From Minisyncoccota bacterium (lineage in GTDB: Bacteria > Patescibacteriota > Minisyncoccia > Phycocordibacterales > CSBR16-193), in contig JBBDRA010000003.1 in assembly GCA_040905715.1 (NCBI GenBank), positions 263,142-327,141 on the forward strand: DNA of 64,000 nt, in the 5' to 3' direction. The stretch's first letter is position 1; each line of letters starts with the position of its first letter. Shown here one piece after another: positions 27,292 to 37,162 of the stretch. A program made the translations under genes and the position numbers. The notes beneath the pieces are model-generated. The model was given only the letters and a program-made list of their open reading frames with translations. It was not told where the DNA came from and ran no database searches.

Positions 27292-28242
27292 CTATTGGTG
27301 GACAATGGTACGAATGTGGTAGTTCATCTGATTATTTGTTTTGAAAAAACTTCTAATATTTAGATCTATAAGTAGACCCATCATAAAGAACTGAGCTCCC
27401 ATAAGTATGAGAAAAATACCAAGGAGAGGCCAGATTCGATTAGCTATATCTACTCCAAAAATTATTCGTTCAATCGCCATCCACGCGATAAAAAGTCCCC
27501 CCAGAAAAATAGATAATAAACCAACCACACCGAAAAGATGTAATGGCCGCGCCCCAAACCTATTCCAGAATCCTATGGCAAGCATATCCACAAGACTTTT
27601 AAAACCGCGTCGTAAATTATCGTATTTACTTACACCGTGTATTCGTGGATAGTGATTAACAACAACTTCGGTGACAGCGAATCCTCGAGCTGAGAGTAGT
27701 GCTGGTATGAATCGGTGGGTTTCTCCGTACAGATCAAGATTGGAAAAACATTCACGTCGATATATTTGGAGCGCACATCCTGAGTCATGGATTGTGTCAT
27801 TGAAGATCACTTTACGTAAAGCGTTAGCTGTTCGTGATGTAATTCTTTTAGATAATGTGTCGTTACGTTTCTTGCGCCATCCCACTACCACATCGTAGCC
27901 CTCGTCTATTTTTACAAGAAGTTTTGAAATATCAGCCGGATCATTCTGAAGGTCGCCATCTAAGCTTATAATAAGGTCGCCACGTGAATTCTTGATACCC
28001 GCATCCATAGCAGCGGTTTTACCATAATTACCGCGAAATTGAATAAAGGTGAGCGGTTTTAAATGTTTACAAACTTCAGCGGTTCCATCGGTCGAACCGT
28101 CATCAATAAAGATCAACTCAAAATGTCGATCAAGTTTAGATAATGACTCTATAAGGCGATTGTAGAGATCAATTATGTTATCGCGTTCGTTGTATAACGG
28201 CACAACAACGGAGAGATCTATGTGCTGTATAAGTTGATTCAT
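27292..28242 (-). CDS. polyprenyl-phosphate glycosyltransferase, GT2 (GtrB/ArnC/DPM1-like) with C-terminal TM helices
   Basis: LSVVVPLYNERDNI, IFIDDGSTDGT, GNYGKTAAMDAGI and LDGDLQNDP motifs. Two C-terminal TM segments. Confidence 0.85.
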   Translation of the reverse strand: MNQLIQHIDLSVVVPLYNERDNIIDLYNRLIESLSKLDRHFELIFIDDGSTDGTAEVCKHLKPLTFIQFRGNYGKTAAMDAGIKNSRGDLIISLDGDLQNDPADISKLLVKIDEGYDVVVGWRKKRNDTLSKRITSRTANALRKVIFNDTIHDSGCALQIYRRECFSNLDLYGETHRFIPALLSARGFAVTEVVVNHYPRIHGVSKYDNLRRGFKSLVDMLAIGFWNRFGARPLHLFGVVGLLSIFLGGLFIAWMAIERIIFGVDIANRIWPLLGIFLILMGAQFFMMGLLIDLNIRSFFKTNNQMNYHIRTIVHQ

Positions 28243-28530
28243 GGTGAATAGAGTGTTAAAAATTTGCTTTTTCTGTCTGGTTTGGGAACCAGATTAGCAG
28301 AAGAAATGGCTGATAATACAATGTATGATAGATGCGCACTGTCACTACTAAAACACCGCATATAGGAATGCTCTACTGAACGAGATGTGCCTTTGGATGC
28401 GCGCTGTATCTATCAGTATAGACACCAGGAGTGAGACACTATTACAGGAACATCCGCATATGTCCTTAATGTGCTGACGAAAGGTTCGTATTTCTCATCC
28501 ACAGGCAGGGAGGTGACGGGGGCTTGAGGT

Positions 28531-29130
28531 TTGATAGTATTAAACGAAGTATGGCGTTATTATCTCACCCGACTTTTATATCTATCTATGAATAATCCAT
28601 TCGAATCGCCGGACGTTAACCTATCGAAGGGGCAACAGGAGAACTCTCAGTCCAATGAAGGCGCAGAAGAAGGTGCAGAGAGCCGAGAACAGGTCAAGGA
28701 AGAAGTAAGCTTGCGACTCGTGGGTGAGTATGATGAGCGCGCTAAAAATCAACAAACTGAGATGGAGCAAAACCCAACGCTTCGCTTGAGAGGTGCTGAG
28801 CAAGATGTTGAGGCGGTGTGCGACATGGTAGCGTGTCAGGCAGAGGTTGATCATGGGGTGATGAGGCAGATACTAGAAGAGCTACAGGCAGAGAATGATG
28901 CTAAGGATACAAATCAGATCGACTTTCTCTATGAAGTGGTGGCAGCGAAATTCGAAGAAACCCTACGCCGAAGGGAGGCCTTTGCTGAGATGCTCGCAGA
29001 CGTACAGCATCAGTTTCCTGCACTTGCCGACGAGCTTCGTAAGCGATTTTCAGACATTGACGCTATGTATACCAGAAGCGAGGAGGCGTTTGAGAAAAGT
29101 AACGTTACTACGAATAAGAAGGCAGCATAA
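28531..29130 (+). CDS. hypothetical acidic soluble protein
   Basis: No recognisable motifs. Stop overlaps the start of the GH15-like gene (TAATG). The true start may be the internal MNNPF. Confidence 0.4.
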   Translation: MIVLNEVWRYYLTRLLYLSMNNPFESPDVNLSKGQQENSQSNEGAEEGAESREQVKEEVSLRLVGEYDERAKNQQTEMEQNPTLRLRGAEQDVEAVCDMVACQAEVDHGVMRQILEELQAENDAKDTNQIDFLYEVVAAKFEETLRRREAFAEMLADVQHQFPALADELRKRFSDIDAMYTRSEEAFEKSNVTTNKKAA

Positions 29131-30194
29131 TGACTGACGCACGCACGGAAGCACAACCACATATTGAAAACTTGCATGCACTCAGGGCACCCTCGGGCCT
29201 CTTTTTGGCGTCCGCTCAAGATGTCTCTACCGGTTATGACAAGGCTTGGTTGCGGGATAATTTTTACATGTCACTGGCTTTTGAGCGGATAGGTGACTGG
29301 GAGACAGTTGAGCAAACTTGGCGAGGTATAGTAAGTATTTTTACCAAGCATAAGGATAAGCTCAGTTGGGCTACGAAAAACAAACCGTATGAAAGCTGGC
29401 AGTACATTCACGCACGATATAATCCCGAAACATTTGATGAGTATTGGGAGGAGTGGGGGAACAAGCAGAATGACGCAGTGGGCGCGATACTTTTCGCGCT
29501 GTGTACGTGTAATAAGGCCGGTGTTGATATTTTGAATACAAAGGAAGATCAGGAAGTGGTTCAGTTATTGGTGAATTATCTCAATACAATTGAATACTGG
29601 CATGATCCGGACAACGGTGTCTGGGAAGAGTACGAAGAAGTTCACGCATCCTCGATCGGTCCATGTGTGGCTGCGCTTAAGCTTCTGCGTGAATATGACT
29701 GGATCGAGATCCCCGAGGATCTGATTGAAAAAGGCGAGCAGGCACTTGCTAACCTTCTGCCCCGCGAATCGGAGAGCAAGTACTGCGATCTCGCGCTTCT
29801 TTCTCTTATATATCCTTATGATCTGTTGGATCATGAAATAGTCGATACTATTTTGAATAATTTAGAGTATCAGTTCGACCGAGACAGAGGCGTTATTCGC
29901 TACAAGAGTGACCACTATTACAATAAGAATAAAGATGGCCATGCTGAGGAAGCAGAATGGACTATGGGCTTTCCGTGGCTGTCCATCATTTACAGCAAGC
30001 GAGGAGATCTTGAAAAAGCAAAGCGGTATCTCGATAAAACTCGAGAGGTGATGACTGATGATAAGAAGTTACCGGAACTTTATTATTCGAACTCTTCCAC
30101 GCCCAATGAGAATATTCCGCTTGGTTGGTCGGAAAGCTTGTTCGTTGTTGCTCTTATAGAGTATGAGCAGGCTGCTGGTAAGACTGAAAAATAG
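29130..30194 (+). CDS. GH15-like (glucoamylase/glucodextranase-type) six-hairpin glycoside hydrolase
   Basis: GYDKAWLRDNFY (Y..WxRD), DNGVWEE (GLWEE catalytic motif), GVIRYKSDHYY (GRYxxDxY) and EAEWTMGFPWLS (GxPW). Confidence 0.6.
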   Translation: MTDARTEAQPHIENLHALRAPSGLFLASAQDVSTGYDKAWLRDNFYMSLAFERIGDWETVEQTWRGIVSIFTKHKDKLSWATKNKPYESWQYIHARYNPETFDEYWEEWGNKQNDAVGAILFALCTCNKAGVDILNTKEDQEVVQLLVNYLNTIEYWHDPDNGVWEEYEEVHASSIGPCVAALKLLREYDWIEIPEDLIEKGEQALANLLPRESESKYCDLALLSLIYPYDLLDHEIVDTILNNLEYQFDRDRGVIRYKSDHYYNKNKDGHAEEAEWTMGFPWLSIIYSKRGDLEKAKRYLDKTREVMTDDKKLPELYYSNSSTPNENIPLGWSESLFVVALIEYEQAAGKTEK

Positions 30195-30211
30195 AACATA
30201 TACTATACAGT

Positions 30212-30391
30212 ATGCTAAGACATTTAATACAACCGGGTGAATGGATACTTATTGCTTCCGGGTTGCTTATGCTTGTAAGTGTTGGGCTGATCTATTTTGG
30301 ATTGAATTTTACTGCTTGGCTTGCTGCAAAGGCGCTTTACGGTGTCGGAGTGGTTCTGATCGTTATCAAGCTTTTCTATGATAAGAAATAG
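30212..30391 (+). CDS. small (59 aa) two-TM membrane protein, hypothetical
   Basis: ORF just below the track cutoff. Two clear hydrophobic helices. Fills the gap between the GH15-like gene and the next membrane protein. Confidence 0.35.
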   Translation: MLRHLIQPGEWILIASGLLMLVSVGLIYFGLNFTAWLAAKALYGVGVVLIVIKLFYDKK

Positions 30392-30393
30392 AT

Positions 30394-31395
30394 ATGGAGA
30401 TAGGAATTGAAAATTTCATAGCTTTTTTTCGTCAAGCAGGACTAGCTGCTGCCGGAGCAGGTGCACTCTGGGGCTGTGTTTTCTTGTTCTGTGCCCGAAG
30501 GTCTGAGTCGGAAGCTTCTCAGGTCATTTTTCACTGGATCGCTCGGCGTCTCGAGCTGCTTATGTATGGAGGTATTATTGTTGCTACATCAAGCTGGCTC
30601 GCTCTCTCTTTTCTGTATGAAGCTTTTGCGCACGAGGGTATCACGCTGTACCCCTCGGTAGAGCAGACAGTAGCTGCGTTTCCGATTACTGCTCCGGGGT
30701 ACCTGCTGTTGGTTTTCTTGAGCTGTTTCGGGTTGATCGTACAGCTTATTTGGCCGCGAGTGTTTAACCATATCTCTTTTGGTTATTTTTTAGCTTTATT
30801 CGCCACGCTCCTTTTCTTGACCGGTCTATCGAGCGCTTGGACCGGTGATTTATCGAGCGAAAAGGGGTTCTTTGTGATTCATGGCGTTCATTCTATTTTT
30901 ACCCTTGGGACAGTGGTCGTGTTGGATTTTCTGATACTTACTTCCAAACCTCATCGTATTATTCAGCAGCATGTTTTTCCGCTTTTCCCATGGATAAGTG
31001 CGGTTATCTGGGTAGGGCTTGGGTTTGATTTTCTTAGTGTTGCACTCGTGTTCGACCAGGCGTTTATGGAAACGTCACGGTTCTTCTTCTCCCAAACAGT
31101 TATAGGTATTCTTATTATTAACGGTACGCTGTTATCAGGCCCGATCACGCGCAAGATCCTTGGATCACTTGAGCTCGGGTTTGAATCTATCGGGCGCCGT
31201 TGGATGACGGTAGCCGAGCTAGCAGGGGTGATCTCGATCACGTCTTGGACAGCAATTACTTTTGTTGATTTTTTCCCGGAGGTACCGTTCTCATATCCCC
31301 AGCTTATCGGGCTGTATGTCCTTGTTGTCGTAGTTCTTTTTTCCGGCCACTATCTCTGGGAGAGGCTACATTCGTGCGAATCTAGGGCGGTGTAA
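30394..31395 (+). CDS. hypothetical polytopic membrane protein
   Basis: 333 aa, about 9 hydrophobic helices, no catalytic motifs recognised. Confidence 0.45.
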   Translation: MEIGIENFIAFFRQAGLAAAGAGALWGCVFLFCARRSESEASQVIFHWIARRLELLMYGGIIVATSSWLALSFLYEAFAHEGITLYPSVEQTVAAFPITAPGYLLLVFLSCFGLIVQLIWPRVFNHISFGYFLALFATLLFLTGLSSAWTGDLSSEKGFFVIHGVHSIFTLGTVVVLDFLILTSKPHRIIQQHVFPLFPWISAVIWVGLGFDFLSVALVFDQAFMETSRFFFSQTVIGILIINGTLLSGPITRKILGSLELGFESIGRRWMTVAELAGVISITSWTAITFVDFFPEVPFSYPQLIGLYVLVVVVLFSGHYLWERLHSCESRAV

Positions 31396-31459
31396 GTGTG
31401 GAAAGCGCTTCCTGGACAAATAAATAATCTCTGCTATACTATATCTCTTAGGTACGAAG

Positions 31460-31807
31460 GTGTATTCGTCACAGGTAATTACAACCCATTCAGAAAGGGA
31501 AACGAGAATGGACAGCGGAACTCTTGCGGAAGGGACTCCACCCGCACCTGATCACGTCGAGCAGTATGCTCGCGTAAAGCTTTGGGTGGAAAACGGATCG
31601 ATCAATCTTTGCTTTACGTCAGATCGGTCGACGGTTGAGAAATTGTGGGAGGTTTTCCGCGAACACCTGATTTGTATCGAGAAGTGTAACGTACACGTCG
31701 TTACGTACATGCGACTCCGTCAGGACTCTCTTGATGGAGTCGCTCGACTTCTTCGAGACGAAGGAGTGCCTGTCGAGATCTCAGGTGCTGACGAAGCCAG
31801 TGCCTAA
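31460..31807 (+). CDS. hypothetical small soluble protein
   Basis: 115 aa ORF followed by a hairpin terminator. Start uncertain. Confidence 0.35.
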   Translation: MYSSQVITTHSERETRMDSGTLAEGTPPAPDHVEQYARVKLWVENGSINLCFTSDRSTVEKLWEVFREHLICIEKCNVHVVTYMRLRQDSLDGVARLLRDEGVPVEISGADEASA

Positions 31808-31852
31808 GAACGGCTCTTTATTTGTTTTGCCGCTACTGCGGCTTCACACAGC

Positions 31853-31891
31853 AACCGCGCCACACTTTCAAGTGTGTTGCGGTTTTTTATT
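31853..31891 (+). terminator. terminator-like hairpin with T6 tail
   Basis: aaccgcg..ccacac..gtgtg..tgcggtt, then TTTTTTATT. Confidence 0.45.
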
Positions 31892-31913
31892 AACTGGAGG
31901 TAAAATGGAAAAT

Positions 31914-33749
31914 TTAGTTACACTGTACTCTTTGGAGGTTTAGCTCTTCTGCTATCACGCCGCAGAGTTTCTGAAGACTCGAGTCTTCCCTTAGAATATG
32001 GGATTCATTCGGAAGTTCAACAAGCGTTGTGTTCTTGCCAAGTGTTCGGGCGTACGCATGGTAGTCAATAGATTGAGCAGAGGGTATCGTTGAGTCGTTT
32101 TCGCCATAGAAGAGTAAGATCGGGGTGTTGTCAGGGACTTCTGGCAGGCCGCTGAATACAGAGGCACTAAAGTATTGTTCTAGATTATGAAGGTCGGGAG
32201 CACCGTTAAAGTAGCGAGCAAAAAGGGAGTCGGGAATAGCTGTTAATAAGGTGTACCAGTTGGTGACACCATTGATCGAGATCGCACTGTCAAAAAGATC
32301 AGGCTCCTCAGTTATGGCCCGGAGCGCAAGATAGCCACCGTAGCTGTTACCGATCAAATGCACTTTATCGATATTGTCTCGGCTGGCCTGGGACTGAGTT
32401 GCTTTCACGATGTCATTGACCTCTACTTTACCAATATTGCCAACAAGTCGTTCCTGGTCTTGAGCGGAATATCCTTCGCTGCCTGTGTAGTCGAGACGAA
32501 GAACGCTTGCGCCCGACTCAACGAGCTCTATCAGCACGGCATCATAGACGGCGTAGCTCAGGTAAGGGTGAAAACTGAGGCTTGTCTGGCGCTTGGGGCC
32601 GCCGTGAAGCCAGACAAAGAGGGTGTTGGTAGTATTGCCTTCCTCGGGCTCCCAGAGAACAGCGTTACGGCCGTTATATTCAACCGCGGTTCGGGATATA
32701 GTATCAAGCGCTGATGGGGTGGTTGTATGAGTGAGTTCAGTAAGTGTTTCGGCTTCGGGGTTATAGGCTGTAACAACTGTTTGCGCATCATTATGAGATA
32801 GGAACAAAAGCTTGCCATCTATTTCCCGTATGTACTGACCGTATGAGACGTTCTCTGCAACAAGGGTCCGGTCACCGTTAGTAGAGATACGGAACAGGTC
32901 ATACGAGTAGAATCCATTATTGTTATCGATCAGGTAGAGATCATTTCCGACATAAAGATAGTCTCGCACAGTAGTACCTCGGGTGAGCTCTTTCTCTGCT
33001 GTGTCACTGCTGTAGGGTAGAGGTGCTGTGGTAAGGGTAGTGTGACCGTCTTGTCCTTGTGTCACAAATACGACTTCATCCTCAGTGTCATTGAATTCAA
33101 CGAATGCGGGTTCAGTTGCATCAATAGAGGTCAGTGTTTTGTTGTCTAGGTTCCAGAGGCGGTGCTCCCCGAAGGAGTAGTTGTAGGCGCTTACATAGGT
33201 GCCTCGAGGAGATACCTGAAAGAAGGGGAATGTGCGCTGAGTGGTCGTCATTCGCTCTACAGTGTTGTCAGCTATAGTATAGCGAATAAGATCACCGCTT
33301 ACTGTTGCAGCAAGAAGGTAAGAGCCGTTATTACTGAACCGAAGCCTGGTAGTGTGATCGGTAAATGGCAAGACGCGGCGCAGAACCGGATCCCCGGAAT
33401 CTATTGTGTAGAGAAAATGCAGGGATTTGTCCGCTAGCTTAATGGTGTATACAGCGGTATCCCCATTAGGGCCGGTTTCGTAGGTGTGGTCGCCAAGGAT
33501 TGCAGGGTAGAGGCTAGTGTCCTTATCTACCTGTGTGCATTCGCCGCTGGAGATCGAGCAACGACTAAATTGCTCAACACTTGGACCGTTATGCTCAAGT
33601 AAAACGTCTGATTCTCGTACTTCCTTTATGGATGAATATGACACATCATCGATCGTGCTAGAAAAAACTATGCCGGGGATGCCAAGCAAGCACACAAGAA
33701 TAAAGGGATATAAATAGTATGTGGTAGGTTTCATGATAATTGTAGACAC
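31914..33749 (-). CDS. S9 family serine peptidase (prolyl oligopeptidase / acylaminoacyl-peptidase type) with N-terminal beta-propeller, secreted
   Basis: Signal peptide. Propeller repeats (Y..S.DG..L). C-terminal alpha/beta-hydrolase with nucleophile elbow GNSYGGY (GxSxG), and LFYGENDSTIP..H residues. Confidence 0.8.
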   Translation of the reverse strand: MSTIIMKPTTYYLYPFILVCLLGIPGIVFSSTIDDVSYSSIKEVRESDVLLEHNGPSVEQFSRCSISSGECTQVDKDTSLYPAILGDHTYETGPNGDTAVYTIKLADKSLHFLYTIDSGDPVLRRVLPFTDHTTRLRFSNNGSYLLAATVSGDLIRYTIADNTVERMTTTQRTFPFFQVSPRGTYVSAYNYSFGEHRLWNLDNKTLTSIDATEPAFVEFNDTEDEVVFVTQGQDGHTTLTTAPLPYSSDTAEKELTRGTTVRDYLYVGNDLYLIDNNNGFYSYDLFRISTNGDRTLVAENVSYGQYIREIDGKLLFLSHNDAQTVVTAYNPEAETLTELTHTTTPSALDTISRTAVEYNGRNAVLWEPEEGNTTNTLFVWLHGGPKRQTSLSFHPYLSYAVYDAVLIELVESGASVLRLDYTGSEGYSAQDQERLVGNIGKVEVNDIVKATQSQASRDNIDKVHLIGNSYGGYLALRAITEEPDLFDSAISINGVTNWYTLLTAIPDSLFARYFNGAPDLHNLEQYFSASVFSGLPEVPDNTPILLFYGENDSTIPSAQSIDYHAYARTLGKNTTLVELPNESHILREDSSLQKLCGVIAEELNLQRVQCN

Positions 33750-33869
33750 ATTTGTTGTCCTAAGATGACAAAATGGTAGTAAACATTACTCTTGTACTAA
33801 TGTTATCTAAGATGACGGAAGTAGTATAGGTCTGTACATATCCTATAAATTCTGGTATTATCATTTTCA

Positions 33870-34451
33870 ATGAAAGCACTACTACTTGAACTTCCGCATT
33901 ACCTTATATGGAGCATGGGTATTTTTTCTACGGGGGCTGTGTTCGGGGCGGGCACCTTCTTCATGGCACCTGAATTTACAGCAATAATGCTCATAGATCT
34001 CTCTGAGTTTGCCGGTGACGTATTTGCGGGGTCACAGCGTGAGGCGTTTATGTTCATTTTCTTTAATAACGTAACTAAAGTTTTTGGGGCAATGATGTTG
34101 GGCTCTCTTTTTGCTATTGTGCCGACTTTGTCACTGATCGTTAATGGCTTTGTTCTTGGTCTTGTTTTTTCATATTCTCTTGCTGCTACAGGTGGGCCGC
34201 TTGCATTCATTGCGGCTGTTGTTCCTCACGGTATTTTTGAGTTACCTGCATTCATAGTTGCATCGGCCGTCGGGTTGCTCTTGGGTGTTTGCGTAATTAA
34301 GCGTGTCCGTCATGAGGTTGGCACGTCAATAACAAGCTTGTATATTTGGTCAGGTCAGTTATTTATTATCCTCATTGCTCCGCTTCTTCTTGTTGCGGCG
34401 ATGATAGAGGTGTATGTAACACCTCTTGTTATTCACGCCTTGATAAGTTAA
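33870..34451 (+). CDS. SpoIIM/DUF95-family membrane protein
   Basis: VVPHGIFELPAFIVASAVGLLLG and the preceding TM pattern match DUF95. Confidence 0.5.
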   Translation: MKALLLELPHYLIWSMGIFSTGAVFGAGTFFMAPEFTAIMLIDLSEFAGDVFAGSQREAFMFIFFNNVTKVFGAMMLGSLFAIVPTLSLIVNGFVLGLVFSYSLAATGGPLAFIAAVVPHGIFELPAFIVASAVGLLLGVCVIKRVRHEVGTSITSLYIWSGQLFIILIAPLLLVAAMIEVYVTPLVIHALIS

Positions 34452-34453
34452 CT

Positions 34454-34981
34454 ATGGCATATACAGGCAAATTTATTATCACCGGTCCGATCGGCTCAGG
34501 AAGAACAAGCCTGATCCAACACTTGTCCGGACTTGGTTATTGGTGCGCACAGGACGCATCAGAGGAGGTCTTAAAGAATATAAAAAGCCGGAAAAGTTAT
34601 GCTTTTAATCAGGCAGGGATCGATCTTGGTAAAGAATTGTATTCTTCAGCACCGAGTGAGCAAGCTTGCTTCTTTGACGGCGGAATTCCAGATATAGTTG
34701 CAAATGCTCGCCAGAGTAATGATTCCGGCACCGAAGAGTATGAGGAGGTTGCGCGTATGTATCGGTATAAGAATCCTATCTTTTTTCTCCCGTACTGGAG
34801 AGCTCTTGCCGGAGATGATGTTCACAGTGAGGCAATCGCAACATCGAGGATAATGGAACGGCATCTTTTTGAGGTATATCGGGATCTGGGTTACAACATA
34901 TTTACGCTTCCTCGTGACAGTATTCAGGAGCGTGCCGGACTTGTTTTATCGATCATAGGCGGTCAAAAGGACAATGACTGA
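34454..34981 (+). CDS. P-loop NTPase (AAA-type / nucleoside-kinase-like), hypothetical
   Basis: FIITGPIGSGRTSL Walker A at the N-terminus. Start set at ATG 34454, immediately after the upstream stop. Confidence 0.5.
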   Translation: MAYTGKFIITGPIGSGRTSLIQHLSGLGYWCAQDASEEVLKNIKSRKSYAFNQAGIDLGKELYSSAPSEQACFFDGGIPDIVANARQSNDSGTEEYEEVARMYRYKNPIFFLPYWRALAGDDVHSEAIATSRIMERHLFEVYRDLGYNIFTLPRDSIQERAGLVLSIIGGQKDND

Positions 34982-35018
34982 TTGAGTGGTGCTTGTACGA
35001 AAGATTATCTCCCAATGA

Positions 35019-35975
35019 GTGTCTTACCCTATAAAGGGGCTCTTATGTGATGGCCGTGGCGGTATTACAAAAGCCGTAGCTAAGACGTTGTGTCTAAATT
35101 CCTTCTATTATATGTCCACCACTATTTCCACTTACAGTATTACGAAGAGCATAATCGCCGTTCCTGATCGGATCGCAGCTTTTAGCGTGCATGTTTTGCG
35201 ATCGTATGTAAGGCAGGCACCAGCATTTATGATGGTGGGCTTATTGAAACTTGCCGCCCTAACCATTATTTCTCAGGCTCTGTTGCAGACCATTTACCTT
35301 CCTTACAGCAGCCCCGACCTCGTTACACCGGTAAGTCTCCTTCTATTTCTTGGTGTTGTTATTGTCTATACGTGGAGCCTCTTGGTATTTATTGTTCTTG
35401 TGAAAGGACGTCATACTCACATGGGATTTATTGATGCGGTTAGAGAGAGTATTAGACTGTTGCCGTCGTTTTGGCTGTTAGCTGCGCTTGTGGGAACAGT
35501 TGTTGCTGTCAGCAGTATGTTTCTGGTTCTGCCGGGTATTGTATTAGCTGTTTGGTTCGCGCCTGTATTTTTCGTACTCGTGTATGAGCATCAGCGTGGA
35601 TGGCGAGCACTGGAGACAAGTTTTGAATATGCAGTCGAGCATTTTTGGAGTGTGTTGGTATCTCTGGTCCTCTTTGTCCTCTTTGTTTACAGTATATATA
35701 ACGGTGTGTACATTCTTGTAGCGGATAGCGCTATAGTTCTTAATCAGGGATTCTTAGAGGTATGGCAGATCGATCAGTGGGTGATCATACCGGTCGTCTC
35801 AGTGCTTACCTGGTCTGTTATTTTGCCGCTGGCGGTAACGTTTTCCGCGATAGCCTATGAACGTTTAACAGGTAGAGTTACGATCGAATCATTCCATGTA
35901 TTTCAGCCATATTTTAGCAAGATGTATAGGCTATTGATGTCGTTTAGCCATCGTCATGGCCACCGACACCCGTAA
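35019..35975 (+). CDS. hypothetical polytopic membrane protein
   Basis: Multiple TM helices. C-terminal HRHGHRHP His-rich tail. Start uncertain. Confidence 0.4.
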   Translation: MSYPIKGLLCDGRGGITKAVAKTLCLNSFYYMSTTISTYSITKSIIAVPDRIAAFSVHVLRSYVRQAPAFMMVGLLKLAALTIISQALLQTIYLPYSSPDLVTPVSLLLFLGVVIVYTWSLLVFIVLVKGRHTHMGFIDAVRESIRLLPSFWLLAALVGTVVAVSSMFLVLPGIVLAVWFAPVFFVLVYEHQRGWRALETSFEYAVEHFWSVLVSLVLFVLFVYSIYNGVYILVADSAIVLNQGFLEVWQIDQWVIIPVVSVLTWSVILPLAVTFSAIAYERLTGRVTIESFHVFQPYFSKMYRLLMSFSHRHGHRHP

Positions 35976-35999
35976 GGGCATGCATGATACACTGCAGGT

Positions 36000-37160
36000 A
36001 TGAGCACTGAACCGCTTGCGGCCCGAATTAGGCCCGGATCACTAGATGAATTTATAGGACAGGATCATTTGGTGGGTCTGGACAAGCCTTTGCGTATTGC
36101 CGTAGACAAGCAGCACCGGTTTTCGTTTGTTCTATGGGGGCCACCGGGAGTAGGTAAGACCACCCTGGCCAGGATATATGCCAAGGCTTTGGGCGGAGAA
36201 TTGTTTGAACTTTCAGCGGTTTCTGCCGGTAAAGCAGACGTCAAGAAGGTGCTTGCACATGAGACCGAAGATCCAAAGATACTTTTTCTCGATGAGATAC
36301 ATCGATTTAATAAAGCACAACAAGATTTTCTTTTGCCATATGTAGAGTCTGGTGATCTAACTTTGGTCGGGGCAACAACCGAAAATCCGAGTTTTGAAGT
36401 GATCGGGCCGCTACTTTCACGTTGCCGAGTCTTTACATTAAAACAACTTTCGTATGACGAGTTGAATCAGATCATCGATAGAACAGGTGTTGAAGTCAAG
36501 AAAAAGGCGCGGGACTGGCTGATAGAGCTAGCAAACGGTGATGCACGACAACTTATATCAATGATAGAAAGCGTAGCTGCAATATACACAACAGTCACTT
36601 CTGAGGCTATTGAGAATACTATTCAAGAACGTAAGCTTCGTTATGATAAAGAGGGTGATGAGCATTACAGTACGATCAGTGCATATATAAAATCCATGCG
36701 CGCGAGTCAGCCAAGTGCTGCGTTATACTACCTGGCTCGAATGATCGAGTCAGGAGAGGATCCTTTATTTATCGCTCGTCGAATGGTGATATTCGCAAGC
36801 GAAGACATAGGGATGGCTCAACCAACCGCGCTGGTGGTGGCGAATGAAGTATTTCGAGCAGTTGAGATCATTGGTTTGCCGGAGGCGCAGATCAATCTTG
36901 CCCACGGGACTGTATATATGGCAGAGGCAGCGAAAGATAAAAAAGCGTATGAAGCGTATTTTGAGGCACTGGGTGATGTGAAAGAGTACGGCAATCTTGA
37001 GATTCCGCTTACAATTCGCAATGCTCCCACTGAGCTAATGAAAAACCTTGGCTACGGCAAGGGGTACGAAAAATATACTGAGGAGGATCTCATGCCTGAT
37101 ACGCTTAAAGGGAAAGGGTATTATAAGAAAAGAGACTTAGAAGAAAATAACAATACATAA
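36000..37160 (+). CDS. rarA: replication-associated recombination protein A (RarA/MgsA AAA+ ATPase)
   Basis: FIGQDHLVG.., Walker A GPPGVGKTT, LFLDEIHRFNKAQQD, and MgsA-type C-terminal helical domain (ALYYLARMIESGEDP). Confidence 0.85.
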   Translation: MSTEPLAARIRPGSLDEFIGQDHLVGLDKPLRIAVDKQHRFSFVLWGPPGVGKTTLARIYAKALGGELFELSAVSAGKADVKKVLAHETEDPKILFLDEIHRFNKAQQDFLLPYVESGDLTLVGATTENPSFEVIGPLLSRCRVFTLKQLSYDELNQIIDRTGVEVKKKARDWLIELANGDARQLISMIESVAAIYTTVTSEAIENTIQERKLRYDKEGDEHYSTISAYIKSMRASQPSAALYYLARMIESGEDPLFIARRMVIFASEDIGMAQPTALVVANEVFRAVEIIGLPEAQINLAHGTVYMAEAAKDKKAYEAYFEALGDVKEYGNLEIPLTIRNAPTELMKNLGYGKGYEKYTEEDLMPDTLKGKGYYKKRDLEENNNT

Positions 37161-37162
37161 GC

